Positions 46,089 through 64,000 of a stretch of 64,000 nucleotides of DNA are shown here, in pieces. Source of the stretch: Takakia lepidozioides (Eukaryota > Plantae > Bryophyta); NCBI GenBank assembly GCA_030704615.1, contig CM060731.1:2728001-2792000 (forward strand). The letters run 5' to 3'. The notes under the pieces are model-generated. The model was not told the origin of the DNA, made no database searches, and saw only the letters and a list, made by a program, of their open reading frames with translations. Each line of letters opens with the position of its first letter. The stretch's first letter is position 1. The translations under genes and the position numbers were made by a program.

Positions 46089-49000
46089 ATGACCTCATAC
46101 TTGTTCGGTACCTGTTTGACAGCATGTACAATATACTGGCAAAGTTTCAAAACAATCAAAAATTGCTGAATGAAGATACCATGGGTTCACCCATTGCAAT
46201 ATTTTAAATCGAACTCATACTTGTCCGGTACCTTTAAGAGGGCATGTACAATGCAATGACAAAGTTTGAAAGCATTCAGAAATCGGCACATCAAGTAACC
46301 ATTGGTTCCTCCCGTGAACCATTTTTGATTGATCTCACTTGTCTGGTTCATGTAAGAGGCATGTAGAACATACTGGCAAAATTTCAAATCATTCAATTTT
46401 TTTTTATATCAAGGAACCTTTGGTTTATCCTTTTCACCATTAACGATTAATCACGAATAAATGAACAGATGAATAAATCATTTGCCTCCAAATGATTTTG
46501 GTTCGCTTTGAGACTTGGCCAGGATATTCAATGTACCATGGAAGAGGCCCCAGAGTAATATGAGATCAATCAAAATTCGTTCAATGGGCCAACGGATGGT
46601 TGCCCATCCAAATGATTTTCGTTCACTTTGAGACTTGGTCAGTGTGTTCAATTCAATGTACCCTCTGATAGGTCCCAGTGTAATATGAGATCAATCGAAA
46701 TTCGTTCGATGGGCCAATGAGGCGTTCAGTTGTCATCTGGTTTTTGTTCATTGCGAAAAAAAATCCTCCAATGCGTGCACGGCTATTGCACCCATTGAAC
46801 GGATGTGGTTGAAGCCCATCTTTTGCCCGCATATGCTTGAACATGTGTGGGACACATGTGGGGAGACACAATAGACGAAAAAATCATTTGTCTCCCCATC
46901 GACACCAAGCCATTCCATAATGTAATTGAATTTAAAATTTTAAGCCAATAAATAGGTTTGCACTGCCTTTCATTGGGGGTTTCTGGCACGTATCGATTTT
47001 ATTTTTGGCTTTATTTTGTTTTACGGATTCAAGCATCCCACTGCTACTCCCCTGCCAAAATTTGGACCAATAAAAAATGCCCCAAGAAAAAAATGTTCTC
47101 TTCGCTCCCTTTTGCAGAACTCTCTATAAAGGGTGCATGAAGTAGAGCACAAATCAAGTATGGAGTGCAAAACGGGCAAGAAACTATGGTTTTGGGTCCA
47201 AATGAATTTTGATCACTCCCAAATTTGGCACGCACGTTGCATATGGAGTCATTACACGCCCCATTAAAAAATGGAATGAAACAAAAAACATGAGCGCGCG
47301 AAACGCAGTCCAACAGGTCCCAAAGTAATAGTAGATCCAACATAATACATTCAATGGGTGAACGGATGGTTGCCCATCCAAATCATTTTTGTTTGCTTCC
47401 AAACTTTGCCAGTATGTTCGAGACACCCTCTCACAAGTCCCGGACTAATATCAGATCAATCAAAATTCATTCAATGGCTCAACGGATGGTTGGCCATTGA
47501 AATGATTTTGGTTCGCTTTGAGTCTTGGCCAGTATGTTCAATGTACTATGGAAGAGGCCCCAGAGTAATATGAGATCAATCAAAATTCGTTCAATGGGCC
47601 AACGGATGGTTGCCCATCCAAATGATTTTCGTTCGCTTTGAAACTTGGCCAGTGTGTTCAATGTACCCTCTGAAGGTCCCAGTGTAATATGAGATCAATC
47701 GTTAACAATTAATCATGAATCATCCAACAGGGGATCTGTTGGTTCATCCTTTGAACCATTTAACATTGTTGAAGCCCCTGAAATTTAATTCCAACCTCTC
47801 AAATTGCACTTCTAGCCCCTGAAATGGCAATTCCCGCCCCTCAAATTGCAACTGTAGCATGTGAAATGGCAATTGCCAGTGCAGCCCCTGAAATTGGCAA
47901 TTGAAGCCCCTGAAATTGCAAGTCCAGCCCCTGAAATTGGGCAATTCGAGCCCGAGAAATGGCAATTTCAGCCCTTGAAATTGGCTATGGGTGAACCAAT
48001 CATTCCCCTGCCAAATGATTTTGGATTGATTGAAACTTTGCGAGTGTCTTGTACATGCCTTCTTAAAGTTACTAGACAAGTATGATGTATTGCAATCTTG
48101 AGGGGTTGGAATTGACAATTTCAATGGCTCAAATTACAATTGGAGGGGCAGCCGGGGTTGGTCATTTTAGGGACTGACATTACCAATTTTAAGGGCTTGA
48201 ATTTCATTTTGAATTGTAATTCAAGGGTTACAATGGGCCATTGGGGGGCTAGAATTACCAAAGCAATGACATCCAAAGCAATATAAAATCATTTGATAGC
48301 GGAATGATTGGTTCACCCTTTCAACCATTTTTTATTCACGTCATACTTGTCCAGTACTTGTAGGAGGGCATGTGGCTGACACTTGCAAAGCTTCAAAGCA
48401 ATGTAAAATTATTTGATAGGGGAACAATTGGTTCACTCTTTCAACCATATTTTACTGACCTCATACTTGTCCGGTACCTTTAAAATGGCATGTGAAAGAC
48501 ACTTGCAAAGCTTTAAAGCACTAAAAAATCATTTGATATGTTCATGATTGATTCACACTTTCAACCATTTTAGATTGACTTGAAACTTGTGAAAGATTTG
48601 TAAGAAGGCATGTACAAGACACTTGCAAAGTTTCAAATCAATTTAAAATCATTTGGTAGGGGGACGATTGGTTCACCCTTTAAACCATTTTAGATTGATG
48701 TCATACTTCTCAAAGACGTGTAAGAGGGCATGTAGAAGACACTTGCAAAGTTTCGGAGCAATAAAATATCATTTCATCGGGGAAGTTTCCGTTCACCCTT
48801 TCATCCAATTTTGAATTGAACTGGATTTTTACTAAATAAAATGATTTAGATGGCATAGGATTGTAGGGCGCAATGAGTGTGGGGCGCAATGATTTTGTTT
48901 TTGGCTTGATTTTGTGGTGTGAGTTGAACCCTCACACCACCACATCCTTGCTAAAAAATGTACCAAAGAAAAATGTTTGAAAACAAACGTTCATCCTTTA

Positions 49001-49535
49001 CTCTATGCTCACTATTGCAGAACTCTCTATAAAGAGTGCATGAAGTTGAACATAACTTCACCTTGGAGTGCAAATGAGGGAATAAAATGTGTTTTGGATG
49101 CACACAATGTCTGTTCATGGTGATATTTTGCATGCAACTCTTCATGTTGTTATCAAGCATATGACTTCAGAATGGAATTGAAAACAATTCATGTGCAGTC
49201 GAAAGGTTGTTTATCCTTATGAATTTGAATAACCCATTCAAACAACTTTGTTGAAGTTCAACTTTGGTCCATATGTGCTTAAGTACGTACAAATCACGTA
49301 CAGAATGTTGCAAGCGAAGAAATAATCATTTGCCCCCCGAACGACTTGTTAAACCTTTCAACCAATTTTCAATCATGAATCATTTAATAGGGGAACTATT
49401 GGTTCACCCTTAGAACCATTTTAGATTGACCTCATACTTGTCCGGTAACTTAAAGATGACATGTACAAGACATTCCCGAAGTTTCAAATCAATCTAAAAT
49501 CATTTGGCAGGGGAACGATTGGTTCACCCATTGAC
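46058..49535. repeat. 120-bp satellite block of copy B. Orientation switches around 47700-48270, where ~21-bp AGCCCCTGAAATTG repeats occur in both orientations.
   Basis: 46058-47700 is the reverse complement of the copy A satellite. 48270-48800 and 49380-49530 are diverged 120-bp monomers (ACTTGCAAAG every 120 bp). Confidence 0.85.
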
Positions 49536-49699
49536 CCGGTGTACACTGTCACTCTTCAAGATTCGTGGGTGTGGTGCTTGATTATCCCATATGATGGACC
49601 CAGGTGCCATGGCCAAGTAACAAACCATTAAAACATTATGGTACGAGACAAACACAATTGAAAACAACATTTATTCAAACATGATGTACAGTCAGAGGT

Positions 49700-51199
49700 C
49701 TACAAGTTTCTATCCATCCTCCAACAATTTTTGGGCTCAGGCCAATTGAATAGCCCCGTCATGAAACGCTTCACAACATTTTCTAGTTTGTACCGCAACT
49801 CTACTATGTCTACACACAAGTTTTCCAGAGCCGAAGCAAAATAGGTTCCAGTAGACATATCGTTGAACAGGCTTGCATCGAACGTGTTACCCCCATTTAT
49901 TGCCTGGGCTATCTTCCCAATTGGAAAGGTCTCTGATGGCACAGTTAGAGGAGGCTACGAGGTGTGCCATCTGACTGGTTGTTGGCTACATTATGAACAA
50001 TTGCAATTTCAGGTGCAATCCACCATCTATGTGCGAGAGTCTTTATCATCTTGTCTCTGCTCTCGAAAATGTACAACGTGGTTTTTGGGTCATCCGTCGT
50101 GGAGGCCATCTCCCAATCGCATACCGCGATGTACACATCTTTAGACCCTTGTGGAAAATGCAACAAGATGTTATCGGGGGACATGTCGTTGTGCAAGAGA
50201 TGGTGATTATGGACGTTGAGCATGATGTGCAAAAGCGCCCATGCCAATTGGGTGCGATTATGTCGGAATCGAACCAGTCGGTTGACCTCCTGCATTTCCT
50301 GGTCCGTCCCCCGTCGTTCCATTAACTCTCTGTTATCCCGATCATTCCCTCATTTCCTGTCAATACTCAACCATGATCGTATGGTCCCCCCATTCCACCA
50401 ATGTGTGTAACCTTCATTTCGACGTGGATGCAACGCAAAATACTTTATGATGCCGAAATGATGGAACTTTATAGCCAACGTTGTTATGTTGGACTTTGGC
50501 AAGCTCAACATTTGTTTCCCTGGGCGTTTTCTCTGCTAGCTCCCAAGATGGAGGAATAAATTGATCCCCAACAATTCTAACCCTCCGAATTGTACCATAC
50601 CCTCCCTGTTTGGGCGCGTCGAGTTGTTGTACTTGTGCGTTTGTGGATATGTATTTCACGTTTAATGCCGCATCCGCGGACGAGGACCCCGCCTTCCATG
50701 AGAGTGGTTTCATACGTCGTTTGGGGGCCTTTGCCATGTCAGACCACCAATCCACAAACACAAACAACTCCTCCTCCGAAGTTGGCATGCGACCTTCAGC
50801 TACAAGTGTTCTCGTAACAAACTTGTCCATGGTTTGCCTCAGATTCCATATGACATCATGGGCCCGGTCCTCCATCCATTTCGTGAATTGGAACTTTGCC
50901 ATGTCCTCATCCCATTCATCCCCGGCCAAAGCCTCCCTCATTCTCATCTCCATATTGTGCTGGAATCTAAGGAACCCCTCATTCCCATGTCGGACATACA
51001 AAAGATTCAAACGCATTATGTCATTGTCCTTCAAATAATCCAGCACTACTTGCTTCACCACCTTCGCGGCCTCTGCGCTTGGATAATATTTTTTGTTGAC
51101 CTGACTATCCCGTTCATGTGCATGTTTACGCTTCCTACCTTTACGTCCACTTCCCGATGAACCCCCTGACACTGTGTTCGAAGCAACGTTTCCGGACAA
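49700..51199 (-). pseudogene. TE-borne intronless protein kinase, copy B
   Basis: RKRKHAHERDSQVNK N-terminus, QGGYGTI, HNDMSPDNILLHFP, CDWE, FNWPEPK; collinear with 25424-26886. Confidence 0.85.
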
Positions 51200-51563
51200 G
51201 ATGAAAGTACTATGCGGAATAGACGCGGCAACAGAAAAATAAACCCAGACTATTGATAACCTTATATACTAGCAGACTAATTTCCTCACCTTCTATTGGT
51301 ATAGTACCCAAAGCAAACTCTCCCGCAGTCCCAGGAAAAAAAAGCAAAAACTCCTCTCCCACACAAATCCACTTTCTCCCCCCCCCCCCCAACACTCAGT
51401 CCTAGCCACTGAAGTTCAAACTCTAAGAAGCCCCATAACCGCACTCACAGAGAGGGAAAAAAGTGGGTTGGGAATGAGGGGTAGGTCCTTATATACTGCC
51501 TGGAGAAGCCTGGCGCGCGACCGCCTCTGCTGCCCATTCACGCCTCGCCACGTGTCCAGGGAG

Positions 51564-52048
51564 CGGTCGCACCTATGGGTGATCGCAGCTAATAACAAAA
51601 CAAAAAAAGTGCTGCGACCCCCCCTGCTGGTGGTCGCACATTTTTTAAAACAAAACGAAAATGTGCGACCCCCCATAAGCGGTCGCACCTAATAACAAAA
51701 AAGAAAAAGTCTGCGACCACCACCGGTTGGTGGTCGCACCCATTTAAGAAATAATTAAAAATGTGCGACCATCCCCTGTTGGTGGTCGCACCTATTTAAA
51801 AAAAATGAAAAAGTTGCGACCACCACCTGCTGGTGGTCGCACCCAATTTTAAAAAAAGAAAAAATGTGCGACCACCCTCTGCTTGTGGTCGCACCTATTA
51901 AAAAGAAAGAAAATGCTGCGACCACCACCTGCTCGTGGTCGCACCCATTTAAAAAATAAGAAAAAATGTGCGACCACCCCCTTCTGGTGGTCACACCTAT
52001 TTTAAAAATAAATAAAAATTGTCCGACCACCCTTTGCTGACGGTCGCA
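51564..52048. repeat. GCGACCACC palindrome array upstream of the copy B kinase
   Basis: About 9 units, ~50-bp period. Confidence 0.9.
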
Positions 52049-52494
52049 TGATTGACAATATAAATCATAATATATGAATTTTACAGATAATTAATGAAGT
52101 CCACGTAATGATGCCACATCGGTTGCCACGTCGGTTTTCATAGTAAATAGTCAATAGTAAAGTAAAAAAATAAACATATTTATGTACAGTAACGTCGGTT
52201 TAGGACGTGACGTGACGCACGTCTGTCGCTGACGTCGGACGTGACGCTGACGCGTCAACGCCACGTCATGTCCAAATTTGCAACTAGGCCCAACATTCGC
52301 CATGAGGTGAATGCATTGAGAATGCTCTCTGGAAATAGAGGCTACATTGACAACATTTTGGAATTAAAAGGAATGAGCAAGTATCTTTGGCCGAGACTTG
52401 GAGGAAGTCGGCCGAACTAGCTAGTGAAGAGTAGAGTCAAGTGGGGGTTTGATTCTTGCCATGAGACGCCATGGTACTGAAACAAACTCCTTGA

Positions 52495-53300
52495 TGTGGG
52501 ACGCCACAACTTGGATATTAGTTTCTACAAAATGAACAAGTCGATGAGGACATCGACTCCATGTTGATAGGGGTGTGTGTCGCGGTCCTTTGCCTTAAGG
52601 GCGGGGGGGTCGGGACACAAGAGGGGCTGCCCCTGTGGTGGGGGCAGTGACAACAATAGGAACTAGGGCTGAAACACCCTTGAGTGCCTAAGGCACTCAA
52701 GGAGGCGAAGGCGCTCACTAGGTGGAGCCCCGCACACCGGGTTGCGGTGGGGGTGGGTCCACGAGGAGTGGTGGTAGCTTAGGTCTTAGTGGGGGTGGCA
52801 TAGGGCTTACCATGGGGCGGAGACCTTGTGGTGGGAGTCGTGGGGAGTCTTGGGACCCATCACGGTCCAATGGGGCCGTGGTGGGTGGGCCAAGACTCAC
52901 CACGACTCATCACCGAGAATCGAGGGTTTTCGTGGTGGTTCGCAATAAAAAGATGGTGTTGTTTAGGAAACCCCCGCGGACAGTCACAGAAGTATATATA
53001 GGGAGTAGTACCCTCGAGAACGGTACAAGCCCGTTGGTGACCAAAAACTAGTGAGTAAGCGTGCGAGCCGTAAAGCGACCAAGGTGTGGGGAGCTGTTCC
53101 GGACTGCCAACAACCAAAGGGAATTTCCATTAGGCCCAAATTGAGAGAGGGTCTTGTGGAGGAGCAAAGGGGGACCGTTATACCCCAGTGAGCAGCCGAA
53201 GCTCCGAGTTGGTCCGGCGACCAGTTTGGGAGTTAGGCGCGCGCATCAAAGCGAGTAACTATGACTTGAAGGGGAGCTTACTGAAGTGAGGTGTGTGACA
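52495..53300 (-). mobile_element. Probable LTR-like retroelement fragment interrupting the MULE ORF
   Basis: On the minus strand it begins TGTCACAC exactly where MULE homology stops. No TSD found; left boundary uncertain. Confidence 0.35.
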
Positions 53301-54105
53301 TCTAGACACAAGAGGCGTTCCCTTGGAACACATGTCCAACGCCCGTGCTATCTTGCTTGGATCCCCTGATCTGCTTGCAGCACGCAACAACAACTCTTGT
53401 TTGTTCGGACTTTTCCCACCAACGCCTCCTCTCAAGAAGTCATGATATCTGGTTTGTTGTTGGAGTGCACGTATGAGATCATCTGTTGTTACCACATACA
53501 AATCCCGACCCCGTTTCCCGGACTGTTGCAACCATGCGTTGTGCACTGTCTCTGCCAAATTGCAAGATGACATGTCTGCCATTTCCTCAATGGACATGTT
53601 CTGCAAAGTGGAAAACACACTTCAGAATACCAAAGAGGTTACAACACCACCCAAACAAATGCAGATCTGCACCATGGAACGATATGGAAAATGCATGCAA
53701 AACTAGAGACGTACCATTGTCATGGATGCTCCCCACTGTCTGTACCAGAAGTGCCAAAACGCCAACCAATCTTCCAACGCTCTCATACTGTCAAGCGATG
53801 CTGCTCCTGAAGAGAACCACCAGGCACGAATTGTCTGGAACAATGTATTCGCCTTCGCCATAGATTTGACATCTTTGTACTCTTTGCACAACTTACGATG
53901 ATGTGTCTGCATCTCAGGTTTGATATCCGTTTTCGTATGTTTATCTAGAGATCGGGTCCAATGGAACAGACATGTACGCTCTCTTCCCTCCATTGGCACC
54001 TTTGGGTCCCCCGATCCGACGATAATCCGCACAACATTGAAATTCGTCTGTGCACTATCTGCCATGAAACCAGCAAAATTCGGAGCAGGGACGCCATGGC
54101 ATCCT
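53301..54105 (-). pseudogene. MULE/Mutator-type transposase fragment with one intron (~53714-53601)
   Basis: GFMADSAQ...RTCLFHW (D and CxxH) and SCNLAETVHN (catalytic E region). Confidence 0.75.
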
Positions 54106-54838
54106 ATAACACGAATCAGGGATTTCTACATTAGCTGCTGGGATTCCGAATCCTCCGATTGCATGTCACAAACTGCAATTGTCATAACTCGTTAGTATAC
54201 AAGATCGTATACATGACAAGCCATAGTCGTCCAATCTTTCACCCGTTTGACATGATCAAACATAAGAAAACATTTCTCCAGGTCACCACTCTTCTGCATC
54301 TGCCTGACGAGGCTCAAACTTGTAAACGTTTACCTCTTACACGTGATTTGCAACATTGTTCACCCTCGAATTAGTACGTTGGTGGACTCCCTTTTCAATG
54401 ACACTACAGATGCATTTATGAGCTGTCCATTATTCCTGTTTCTCGGAGATGTGAAGTCTATATTCCGGCTACATGAGTGTGTTATCTCATCTCCTTGAAA
54501 TTGATCATAGATTTTTCCCGGTCATTGGTATGAGGAACCCAGAAATGTTTGACCTTGAAACTACCTACAAACTCCCTGTTGTCTTCTTGCTTCGGACAAC
54601 AATGACATCCGCTTGACTTAGCGAGTGTGGATCTCATCTCTCAGCGGTTGTCTTTAGGAATCTCGTTAATAAGTTAATATGTTTGAGGCTGAAGTATCCT
54701 TCAATTTCAACATAGAAACCTCTTTTGTTCTCACATGTTCGTCTAATTCAAATTGGAATTAGGATTGATGGAAGCTTTGAACTACAAAGGAAAAACTTTG
54801 CACATGTATACACAATTCCGATTTGAAAGTGTCTGAAC

Positions 54839-55520
54839 CAGTGTTGCATTGGTATTTAGGGTATTCCCGGGTACTAATCAACCTGGTTTTCCAGAACCTA
54901 CCAGGCGGATACGTGTCTGCTGCAAAACCTAGGGTAGACCAGTACTATCCTGATACATCCCCCCTCTGCTACCAGGCTCATACTCAGACCCTTCCAGAAG
55001 CCATAGCTCGATACCAGTACTCTAGACACGGATTGCCCCATTTTTCCTCTGGATTCTTGGGTAGGATTTTGCTTCATGTACAAGCACTTCATGATGCATG
55101 TTGACGGCGCCGAGGGATATCTTGTAGTTAGGGTGTAGTTTTAGATTCATCTCTCCACTATGATGAGGATGGATTCTGGTTTGTAGAGGCTGCCTACTGT
55201 GATAATCAGATGTAGGATAGTTTAGGTAAAGAAACGTCAAGGATGTCATCTTTTGCCACAACACAATCTATAAACTTTGATATTAATATAATGTCCGCCT
55301 GGTATTATATACCAGGGTTGATATGTCCCTGGTATTACCTTCCACAATACCTTGATATTCATACCATCTGGAGGTATTTGAAAAATGCAATACCTATACT
55401 TATACCTTCCATGGACCTTGACCTTATCTACCTAGGACCATACCAGCCTTAAGAAAGAAGGGGCCTCCCAAGACCAGGACCAGGCCGGTATATTATAATT
55501 CCAATACCAGTACAACACTG
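54839..55520. mobile_element. Non-autonomous hAT MITE, 682 bp
   Basis: TIRs CAGTGTTGCATTGGTATT / AATACCAGTACAACACTG; perfect 8-bp TSD GTCTGAAC (54831-54838, 55521-55528). Confidence 0.9.
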
Positions 55521-56873
55521 GTCTGAACCCAGAAAATTTGTGGGTGCAATGTATTGTGCTCAATGCCTTCACATGGAAAAAAGAGCCAACCATGCTCTTC
55601 TTTCAGACTACAAGATGGCAACCGCCTATCTGACTTGGGACGTTTCTGTAAGATCCACATAGTGAATAAATTCCCTGCTTGCAAACATTAACTTCAACTG
55701 CAGGTACGATGGTCTTTCTTCCCCGTAAATTTGTACTTCTGAACTACTCAGGAGTGCACTGTGAAAAAGCCTACAAAATTTACTGGCACTGTGACTTGCA
55801 GAGCAATCAACTTATGGTAGCCTACCAAACACCAGCGAATCTCGTTGGCTTGAAGCTGAAAGACAATGCTTCCAAAACACAAATGTCTTCTGTCACAGAG
55901 AGTGAGTTGATTGTACAAAATTTAGAGACGAGGTGGTGAATGCATTTAGACCGTTTTCAAGAAATCTTCTTGCTCTGCTCTTGCATTAAACGTCTTTCCA
56001 CATCCTGTACCAACTCTCGCATGCAGGTTACTTTCTTGTCGTGTGACTAGCAATCAGCCATCATGTACTCAAAATAGGATGCACTTATGAGACAGCTAAC
56101 AGCAAGAACATGTTGCTCGTGTTGCCTATGTAACACGAGCAACATGCTGATGTACATACCAGCATTCCAGCTGCATTGGCAGCCACAAATTATCCGAAGG
56201 GGCTCTCAAGTGTCCGATGAAGTTGTGGATTAGACTGAGTGAGTGGCCGCTCCAAGCTTGTGGTTCTGGGGTCAGATTTGGGGAAAAACTATTAGTTCGG
56301 AATTTTGGAGTGCCAATTCTTGAAATGTTGACAAATTTCAAAGACGAACCTGAAATCGACCAACTGGGTTTTTCAACGCTTCTATAGCCAGCAATCTGAA
56401 AGTTACTAAAGGAAAGGTTGAAGAAGCGAAGACAAAGGTATCTAGTATCCACTGCACTAATTTTTTCCATGAGTCATAGGCAACCTCTGGTGTGAAGGCC
56501 GCATGTTACTCTGTGCATGACAAGAATGTGACCCTGAGATGTTGGATGGTGGTTGTTAACCTTTCTACATTTCTTCAAGTTGATGATCTCAGCAATGCAG
56601 ACTGTTGTACCATCTGAGTGAAAATTAGTTGAGGCCCCTGTGGAGGGCTAGAGTGCCCTTACCATACTAAGGGTTCAGCCAATAGAAAACCGGAGCTGGT
56701 GGTGGGTTTTCACCCACAAAATCTATGAAAGACAGCCCAAATTTGCTGGAGAACTTGCCCACAGCCAATAGAATCCCATGATACACTTGTTTGCAGTCCT
56801 GGAATCATACCAGCTTTTTTATTACATGCCACATTCTTACTGGGAGAGAAACGTCAAACCCCATGTAATTAGG

Positions 56874-63651
<6,778 letters not shown>

Positions 63652-64000
63652 CTGCATACAAAGGTATACGTCACATCGTTCAAATCCAAACTCAAGGCAG
63701 AGAAAGCTGTCAAGGAAAGAAACTCCTTGATACAATAATGACTTCAAACAGTAACTTCCTGGTGTTCTACTACTACTAGTGTCTATGTCATGGGAAGGCT
63801 CTTGTTGAGCTGTTTGTAACCAGAATACAGCTCAGTGGAGTGGGAATATGCAGTCAATCAAATCATTATATTATCATTATCGTTACTGAGTATTTCTACA
63901 TTGTGCTACACTCAAACTCTAATCCCCATAACTATTAGGCCATTAGAGTACTTGGCAAGGTCTTCAGTAATGAAAGGTAGAGAACATGCATTGAACTCCT

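Larger units (their letters stand above)
14575..52288 (+). mobile_element. Copy B of the giant hAT family (GCGACCACC subfamily). 5'-truncated host of two nested insertions; left boundary approximate.
   Basis: Removing 15247-24203 and 24225-41692 restores sequence collinear with copy A. Ends in a TGACG-rich subterminus and TGCAACTAGG (52279-52288), homologous to the CCTAGTTATCA end at 24225. Confidence 0.85.

Noticed and set aside
1920-47700. A single Polinton-, virus- or Foldback-like element with 6-kb TIRs
   Set aside because: The inverted segments are internal parts of two hAT copies. Copy B continues to its own short TIR at 52288, and no polymerase, capsid or recombinase genes are seen.

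Overview
Eukaryotic land-plant DNA; a bryophyte or other non-seed plant is inferred from the gene and TE types. It holds two host genes: RPL35a (4 exons, 9115-10338, +) and the 3' part of a multi-exon receptor-like kinase (63651-56874, -). Most of the rest is nested transposons. The main result is a family of giant, gene-carrying hAT elements. One complete 17.5-kb copy (24225-41692) has 11-bp TIRs, an 8-bp TSD and a paralogous empty site inside the window. Besides a BED/DDE/hATC transposase it carries an intronless protein kinase gene, an intronless RING-H2 gene and a 120-bp satellite block, with an array of GC-rich palindromes upstream of each gene. It sits inside a mirror-image copy of a sister subfamily (~14575-52288) that has the same cargo but a different palindrome variant. 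A third, truncated copy occupies 1-8135. A Ty3/gypsy element with an intact C5 cytosine methyltransferase ORF and a PHD finger is inserted about 20 bp from the inner hAT. An intron-containing beta-class N4C/N6A DNA methyltransferase pseudogene lies at ~13.2-14.3 kb. Also present: tRNA-derived SINEs, a hAT MITE, and MULE and LINE fragments. All calls come from manual reading; no database searches were run.
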